A stretch of DNA of 64,000 bases from contig JALONP010000025.1 in assembly GCA_025454875.1 (NCBI GenBank), positions 5,264 to 69,263 of the forward strand. Reading direction: 5' to 3'. Position numbers and translations under genes: made by a program. The notes below the pieces were generated by a model that saw only the letters and a list, made by a program, of their open reading frames with translations, had not been told where the DNA came from and ran no database searches. Positions 58,527-64,000 of this stretch are shown here, in pieces. Source of the stretch: Bacteroidia bacterium (lineage in GTDB: Bacteria > Bacteroidota > Bacteroidia > UKL13-3). Numbering within the stretch: position 1 is the stretch's first letter; each line of letters starts with the position of its first letter.

Positions 58527-60494
58527 TTACGAATAGATATCTTCGGTGTTTCGTTGGTTTTTGGGGGGAATGAAAAAGTCAGCAGGATATTTTTTAGCAT
58601 ACTTGCCAACGTATCTTAGCAATAAGGTAAACTCTTTTAATGCAAGCTTACGTGACCGGGCTGCTACAACAATTGCCAAACCAAAACTCACGAGCAAGTT
58701 GAAAAATCCAATACCTAAAACACCAACCAAACAAACCAATGCATACTTTATAGAAATGGTATCCCATAATGTGCACAGTGCAATGGCATAATTACCCGAT
58801 GAAATGGTGATATGTCGAATGTCGATTGGAAGTCCGAAGATGAACCCAAAGAAACTTGCCATTCCCAAGCAAAAGCCAAGGAAAATATTTCCAATAATGG
58901 ATCCAAGGTTGTGGTTTACGTATGCTGAAAGTTTGATTAATGCTCTTTTGGTGAGTAACCGTTTAAGCAGGGGATGTTGCCTAATTCTGTTAGGAATGTG
59001 GCTGTAAATAACTTTGTTATCGTAATATCCAGAGATGATTCCGGAAATAAACAAAAATACACCTGTGATACACGCATAATACCAAGTTGGATTAGCAAAT
59101 GGGTGTACATCGTGTAACATTTTAGAGGCCTCGGTTTGGTTTACAATGGGTTTTCCTAACAGGGCATTGTATGCAAATGCAATAACAAATGATAATGGAA
59201 ATACGAGCATCAAATTCCCCACCAATGAAATAAACTGACTGCGTGAAACTTGTCCAATCATTAATGCCAAACCTAAAATGGAGTTTCCTTCTTGGTCTTT
59301 TTTGTGCAATGATAATGCAATGCGCGAGGCTGTCATTGCAGGCTGTTTAGTTGCAAGGGTGCCATGTGTTAATTGGATACCTACAAATCCACTGGCATAA
59401 TTGATACTGTAACCAAATGCCTGCCAAAAGGGAGCAAGGTGCAAATGATGCAAGCCTATTTTAAAAAGAGTCATTAAAGAAGCAAACACACCACCAATAC
59501 ACGAAGAACGAAACATACCTTTATACTCCGCTTGGTTTTCGGCTATATAATGTTCTCCTGTGTTGCTTTCGTGTTCGGTTATTTGCTGGGCAAGCAAATA
59601 GGTTGTTTCGTTGAGTTGCTCGATAATGCTGTTCCTTTTTTTATTGTAGATAAACAATTGAGTTAACAGCGTCACTACTTGTTCCGTTGTAAGTTTGGGC
59701 GAAGCATACAATTCAAACAAGATATTTAAACGTTTAATTTGATGGGTGATTCGGTTGAGTGAATATGTTAATTGTAGACTTACTCCTTCGTGATTACTCT
59801 GTTTTTGAAGCGTATCAATATGGCCAAGTGCTTGTTGAAGCATTTGTTGGATGTGCTGCACCAAGTGCGGGTTAAATTGGATGCCCAACGTGTGTTGTGC
59901 TATGAGTGCATTAATCTCTTTGTTGAGTTTGATGAAGGAATGCACCTTCTGGTTATTTTTGAATTTTTGAATAAACTCACTTTCAATTGCTGTTGCTGTA
60001 ATGCGATAAGATAATACCTCAATAGCATCAATTAGCTCAGCCTGTAGGTGCTTATGTGTAAAATCCAGTTTAAGTTCGAGTATACCAAGTAATGTATGCA
60101 GTTGCTCTTTGGAAAGTTCATAACGACCACTGTGAGTTAAGAAATCCAGTAAATAATGAACGGCCGATTTGTCTATCTCTTCGGGTAAAAAGGTGTGCTT
60201 TAGTTTTCGTTTCAACTCGGCACCAAAGCCTGTTCGTTTTGGAATGCCAGCTTCAATTAATAGGTAGGTAATATCTTTGCCTGCAAATACCCTTTCAATA
60301 TAATACTTGAGTCGCAGGCGAGCCGATTCGCTCTCGGTAAGTAGTTGAATAAGTTTGTTAAAAGAAGTTTTTGATACAGCAATTTGCTTAAACAGCTCAC
60401 GCAACATGTTTGGATGTTTGCTGGCGTTTTGTTGCAGTTGTTCAAAAAAAAATTCAATTGTCATTCGAGTCGAAAATAGCAATTCCATCGGCAA
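58527..60494 (-). CDS. Large membrane protein, PF10136-like (the family historically labelled site-specific recombinase; function unknown)
   Basis: 655 aa. The N-terminal 330 aa are helical and soluble; the C-terminal half has about 6-7 TM helices. The family assignment is from recollection only. Confidence 0.45.
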   Translation of the reverse strand: MPMELLFSTRMTIEFFFEQLQQNASKHPNMLRELFKQIAVSKTSFNKLIQLLTESESARLRLKYYIERVFAGKDITYLLIEAGIPKRTGFGAELKRKLKHTFLPEEIDKSAVHYLLDFLTHSGRYELSKEQLHTLLGILELKLDFTHKHLQAELIDAIEVLSYRITATAIESEFIQKFKNNQKVHSFIKLNKEINALIAQHTLGIQFNPHLVQHIQQMLQQALGHIDTLQKQSNHEGVSLQLTYSLNRITHQIKRLNILFELYASPKLTTEQVVTLLTQLFIYNKKRNSIIEQLNETTYLLAQQITEHESNTGEHYIAENQAEYKGMFRSSCIGGVFASLMTLFKIGLHHLHLAPFWQAFGYSINYASGFVGIQLTHGTLATKQPAMTASRIALSLHKKDQEGNSILGLALMIGQVSRSQFISLVGNLMLVFPLSFVIAFAYNALLGKPIVNQTEASKMLHDVHPFANPTWYYACITGVFLFISGIISGYYDNKVIYSHIPNRIRQHPLLKRLLTKRALIKLSAYVNHNLGSIIGNIFLGFCLGMASFFGFIFGLPIDIRHITISSGNYAIALCTLWDTISIKYALVCLVGVLGIGFFNLLVSFGLAIVVAARSRKLALKEFTLLLRYVGKYAKKYPADFFIPPKNQRNTEDIYS

Positions 60495-60502
60495 GATTGG
60501 AA

Positions 60503-61105
60503 TTAATTATTCAACGCTCCTTGGGTTATCCAATTCTGAATGAGTACGATTTTATTATTATTTAACGGACCAGCAGGAGGCATCCTTCGCAACGGATCCG
60601 TTTTAACCAACGATAGGTAAAGAATACTTTGAGTTGGTTGGTACAATACAACATGTTTTAGTACACTGTCGTAAATAGAAAGGTCAACCCCGCCAGCCCT
60701 TGAGCCATTGCCATGACATCCACTAAAGTTGCAGTTTCCTACTAAAATGGGCATGATGCTACTGGTAAAAGAAATGGTTGAGTCCACTACTAAACCTCTA
60801 ACAATGGTGCAATTTTTTGCAATCTCAGTATCATTTAATTTGGTTCGTAATGTAATAGTTAAAGCTTGTGTAGCCAATGTTTGTGGAGCTATATAGTACC
60901 CATTTCTAAACTGGCCCACATTTGGGATGATGGTGACCGATGTCAGTTGACTTTCATTCGAAAGTATTACGCTAATACTATCGCCAATTTGAACTTGGTT
61001 GCTTGATAAAATCAGTTGAACATCTTCTTTGTTTTCACTATCCGATTTACAAGATACCAAACACTGGCATGCCAGCAACACGCTAATGAACCACCACTTT
61101 TTCAA
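60503..61105 (-). CDS. Lipoprotein with C-terminal cytochrome-c-like CX4CH domain, hypothetical
   Basis: A TTG start gives MKKWWFISVLLACQCLVSC (lipobox). The C-terminus is ILVGNCNFSGCHGNGSRAGGVDLSIY...RRMPPAGPL...IQNWITQGALNN. Confidence 0.55.
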   Translation of the reverse strand: MKKWWFISVLLACQCLVSCKSDSENKEDVQLILSSNQVQIGDSISVILSNESQLTSVTIIPNVGQFRNGYYIAPQTLATQALTITLRTKLNDTEIAKNCTIVRGLVVDSTISFTSSIMPILVGNCNFSGCHGNGSRAGGVDLSIYDSVLKHVVLYQPTQSILYLSLVKTDPLRRMPPAGPLNNNKIVLIQNWITQGALNN

Positions 61106-62057
61106 AGGTATTGTTAATGTTAAGCAGGTAAGTTCCTGGATTGCTGATGGTAAACTGAATTTCGCTTTCAGCATCTTGTTTTTGCCACAAGCATTTGCCA
61201 TACACATCAAACAATGCATATGCATCAGTGGTTTTGTTGGCAATTGTTAGTACGCTTCCAGCCATAAGTGGCATTGGGTACATATTCACTTTTTGAGATA
61301 ACGCCAATTCGTTCATTCCTATTGGGCCATCTTGGTGAATAACACCAACAGCATCCAAATCAAAACCTGACGAAGCGAATGGGGTAGGCCATGGGTCATT
61401 TACCATTTGTCCCCTACCATCACGTGATGCAAATGCAGGCGTAATTGATCCAACCACATCAATGATACGTATATGGGTTACCGCATTGATGTTCACCAAT
61501 GGGTTATTGCGAAGTTCTTCCAAATCGAAAGGTGTACCATAATTGGCTATGTATTTTCCAGCTAGGTTGTGTATTTGCGAAGCATTAATGCCTTCAAACG
61601 ATTGCAATTGAGTGTTCGTGTCAATAGTTGATGTGGATTCAAACCGAACAAAGTTTTCGCCATCGCTGCTCACTTCTACAAACGCAAGTTCCAAAAAGGC
61701 AGTGCCAGGTTTTAGTGTTTGATCGATGAAGCCATTTTCGAAAACGACAAAATCAGGTCCGAGGCCATTGCGCAATGGCTTATGAAATGTTAGCGTTGCG
61801 TTTCCTCCATCACCTAAACTTACAATCCCGTTTCCGGCCGGGCCGGGCACATATGTTTCATCGCCAACTTGCGCTTTTCCCAGAGTAGTATCGGCAATGT
61901 TTTGCCAGCCTCTTTGCAAGGTGCAGCCGTTTGCCCAATTAATTATGATGCTGCTGTCTTTATGTATGGCGGTAGTTCCAATAGTTCCTACCTGAGGAGC
62001 AAACTGTGCTGCAGCCGAAAACCACCCGTATAAGAGACAAAATATCCAAAATCGCAT
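61083..62057 (-). CDS. Secreted hypothetical protein with T9SS C-terminal sorting domain
   Basis: Signal peptide MRFWIFCLLYGWFSAAAQ. Conserved-looking blocks are GPDFVVFENGF, ELAFVEVSSDGENFVRF and GFDLDAVGVIH. The C-terminal 70 aa look like a type A T9SS tail. Confidence 0.6.
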   Translation of the reverse strand: MRFWIFCLLYGWFSAAAQFAPQVGTIGTTAIHKDSSIIINWANGCTLQRGWQNIADTTLGKAQVGDETYVPGPAGNGIVSLGDGGNATLTFHKPLRNGLGPDFVVFENGFIDQTLKPGTAFLELAFVEVSSDGENFVRFESTSTIDTNTQLQSFEGINASQIHNLAGKYIANYGTPFDLEELRNNPLVNINAVTHIRIIDVVGSITPAFASRDGRGQMVNDPWPTPFASSGFDLDAVGVIHQDGPIGMNELALSQKVNMYPMPLMAGSVLTIANKTTDAYALFDVYGKCLWQKQDAESEIQFTISNPGTYLLNINNTFEKVVVH

Positions 62058-62058
62058 A

Positions 62059-63702
62059 TTAATATCCAGTAATTATTTTTCCTTTAGGGTACTTTACCTC
62101 AAAACTGAATTTTACTGAAACTGATTTTTCAGGTTCAAGTGTAAGCATCCACAATAGTTTTCCTGTTGTTTCATCAAACTCAGCCCCTCCGTTGTTTTGT
62201 AATTTAACTTCAATCTCTTTATCTGTTGATACTGGTATTTGATCTTCTACAATGATGGTAATTGGTTCTTTGCGGGTATTGCGTAAACTGATTTCCCAAG
62301 TGTTTAATTCCTTTTGAGTGCTGCCACTAATATTTTTGCTGCTAAAGTCTTTGAGTTGTATTCGTTGTATTTGAATGCGTTTATCCCTGCCCAAAGAGAT
62401 TAACATGGAGTCGCTTGTGGTACCGTTGATAAATGTTTTACCAACAAAGGTGCCATCGAAATAAATATTAGCTTCACCACTCACTTGGTTTACCAAGTCG
62501 TTACCAGCAACTTTGGCTGTTACAAAAGCATCTTTATCCAATTTAGGAACAGCACCATATGCGTAAGTCGCTTTTAAATTGGTAACGGTTAAATCCACTT
62601 GGTGTGGGATATGATCGCTCGGAATGGTATATGCAGATGTTACGACAAACTCAATATTCACCGCATTTTGCTGGGTTTGGGCAATGCCCGTTGAATAGGC
62701 TATTTCTTGTTTTTGTGTGGGTGCCGCTCCACTTTCAATTAATGGTTTCCTACTTGAAATTGTTACCGCATCAGTTGCGGCTGCATTGTTTATTCCGTAT
62801 TGATTAAAGTAAACATAATTTGGGTTTAATACGGGTTTGCATCCTCCTTCATTTGGGTTTGCCGTGCTCAATTTGAGGATTACATTTTTCCAGTTTTCTC
62901 CAGTACCTTGTGTGATGTATGCTTTACTTACCAATTGCAAATCATTTTTAGTGTCTTTTACCCTTACATCATAAAAGGGTTTCCAACTTGCATTGTTCAC
63001 TAAATAGTTAATTTCAATCGAGGTGTTTTCAATTGCCGATAGTGCTTTTACTGTAATAACTATTTCAGGAGCATTTTCGTTAGGATCTCCTTGCAATTTG
63101 TTAAGTTGTTCTTCAATTTGTTTTTTGTAGGTGTTGTATTGATTTTCAAGTTGAGTCAGCTTAAACCAATCCTCTTTAAATTCATTTAACTTTCTTTTGT
63201 ACAATACCATTAAGTCTTCCAATTCATCAGCTCTTACCCCAGTTTGCGTACTGCCAACATTTTTGTTTGAAAGCATTAAGTCCTTTTGATGAACAATGGT
63301 TTCTTTATCTGCTTTAAACTGATTCAGTGCATGGTTGATGCTTTGCAATGAATCTTCGAGCATCTTAACCTCTTTTGGTTTTTCATTTGGCGTTGCACTG
63401 CCTTCTCTTACTAAAACTGATAATAAAGTTACTTTGCCATCAACTTTAACTTGAATACTATTTGGGTTAATTTGATTAGACAATTTATCCAATACTAGGC
63501 TTGTTACACCCGGCTGTAAGTTAACCTTAGCGATTCGGGTTACTTGTGCTTGGTTTAAAAACACAGTAACATTTGTAATGGTTGATGGAGTGCGCTGCTC
63601 CGTATCTGCTGCGATCAAACCCATTGGCATAGATCCAAATAGCAATAGAAAAACTTGCAGTGTGCAAGTTGCAATTCGTAACTTAAAGCGGGATGTTTCC
63701 AT
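62059..63702 (-). CDS. DUF4139 / DUF4140 (mucoidy inhibitor MuiA-like) family protein
   Basis: 547 aa with a signal peptide. The N-terminus is VTVFLNQAQVTRIAKVNLQPGVTSLVLDKLS..I.P.SIQV, followed by a central coiled coil and a long beta-rich C-terminal region. Confidence 0.7.
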   Translation of the reverse strand: METSRFKLRIATCTLQVFLLLFGSMPMGLIAADTEQRTPSTITNVTVFLNQAQVTRIAKVNLQPGVTSLVLDKLSNQINPNSIQVKVDGKVTLLSVLVREGSATPNEKPKEVKMLEDSLQSINHALNQFKADKETIVHQKDLMLSNKNVGSTQTGVRADELEDLMVLYKRKLNEFKEDWFKLTQLENQYNTYKKQIEEQLNKLQGDPNENAPEIVITVKALSAIENTSIEINYLVNNASWKPFYDVRVKDTKNDLQLVSKAYITQGTGENWKNVILKLSTANPNEGGCKPVLNPNYVYFNQYGINNAAATDAVTISSRKPLIESGAAPTQKQEIAYSTGIAQTQQNAVNIEFVVTSAYTIPSDHIPHQVDLTVTNLKATYAYGAVPKLDKDAFVTAKVAGNDLVNQVSGEANIYFDGTFVGKTFINGTTSDSMLISLGRDKRIQIQRIQLKDFSSKNISGSTQKELNTWEISLRNTRKEPITIIVEDQIPVSTDKEIEVKLQNNGGAEFDETTGKLLWMLTLEPEKSVSVKFSFEVKYPKGKIITGY

Positions 63703-64000
63703 GTTTTTTACGTGGTAAGTTGGCTACTTTATTTTCAAGCATTTTAAATGCCTTGATTAATTTTAAACGCGTTTCTTCCGGGAAAATTACCTCATCAATA
63801 AAACCACGCTCAGCGGCTCTGTATGGATTTGCAAATAAATCTCCGAATTCTTTTTCTTTTGCAGCAAGTTCTGCAGCATGATCAGCAGCACTGTCAATTT
63901 CTTTTTTGAAGATGATTTCAGCAGCACCTTTGGCACCCATCACAGCAATCTCAGCCGTTGGCCAAGCAAAATTTACATCACAACCTATATGCTTGCTGTT
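63683..64000 (-). CDS. Acyl-CoA carboxylase carboxyltransferase (propionyl-CoA carboxylase beta / methylmalonyl-CoA decarboxylase alpha type), C-terminal fragment
   Basis: The frame is open to the window edge. AVMGAKGAAEIIFKKEI...NPYRAAERGFIDEVI.P..TR is the carboxyltransferase C-terminus. Confidence 0.85.
   Translation of the reverse strand, partial: NSKHIGCDVNFAWPTAEIAVMGAKGAAEIIFKKEIDSAADHAAELAAKEKEFGDLFANPYRAAERGFIDEVIFPEETRLKLIKAFKMLENKVANLPRKKHGNIPL

Noticed and set aside
1-64000. CRISPR arrays, rRNA genes and tRNA genes
   Set aside because: Reading through all intergenic gaps longer than 60 nt showed no regularly spaced direct repeats and no rRNA or tRNA conserved cores. The only tandem array is the coding 111-bp WG repeat.

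Overview
This is a Bacteroidota-type chromosomal segment. Support: three proteins end in T9SS C-terminal sorting domains, several TAnnTTTG -7-type boxes lie just upstream of starts, and the gene content fits. All family assignments come from reading motifs in the supplied translations; no database search or folding was run.

Most of the window is housekeeping:
- exbB-exbD-tonB
- two lgt paralogs
- sppA
- a T9SS-secreted endonuclease I
- purB
- a System I cytochrome c maturation cluster (ccmC-D-E-F) with a Cys-type CcmE
- kdsC
- a TamA/BamA-like outer-membrane protein
- a split mnmC (mnmD plus a separate FAD oxidoreductase)
- pruA
- the yceD-rpmF-plsX-fabH-accB-accC lipid cluster
- ald
- rnhB, rseP and dxr
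- the 3' end of an acyl-CoA carboxyltransferase gene

Accessory or unusual parts:
1. A lone IS200-like Y1 (RAYT-like) transposase gene lies between hairpin clusters (3.45-4.2 kb).
2. Two long hairpin-dense convergent spacers carry no credible gene (20.7-21.1 kb and 25.4-25.9 kb).
3. An AT-rich island (about 39.6-45.5 kb) carries:
   - an orphan HNH-like gene
   - an MNT/HepT toxin-antitoxin pair
   - an hxlR-ohr-VOC stress module
   - a WG-repeat gene with near-identical 111-bp tandem units
   - a T9SS GH16 glucanase
   The modules are separated by three related copies of a mosaic intergenic repeat.
4. An LPS/O-antigen cluster (45.5-51.3 kb) has a frame-disrupted flippase.
5. A tightly packed run of poorly characterised genes lies on the minus strand (58.5-63.7 kb): DUF4139/MuiA-like, a T9SS cargo protein, a CX4CH lipoprotein and a PF10136-like membrane protein. 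A GH3-like gene follows downstream.

No rRNA, tRNA or CRISPR array was seen by eye.
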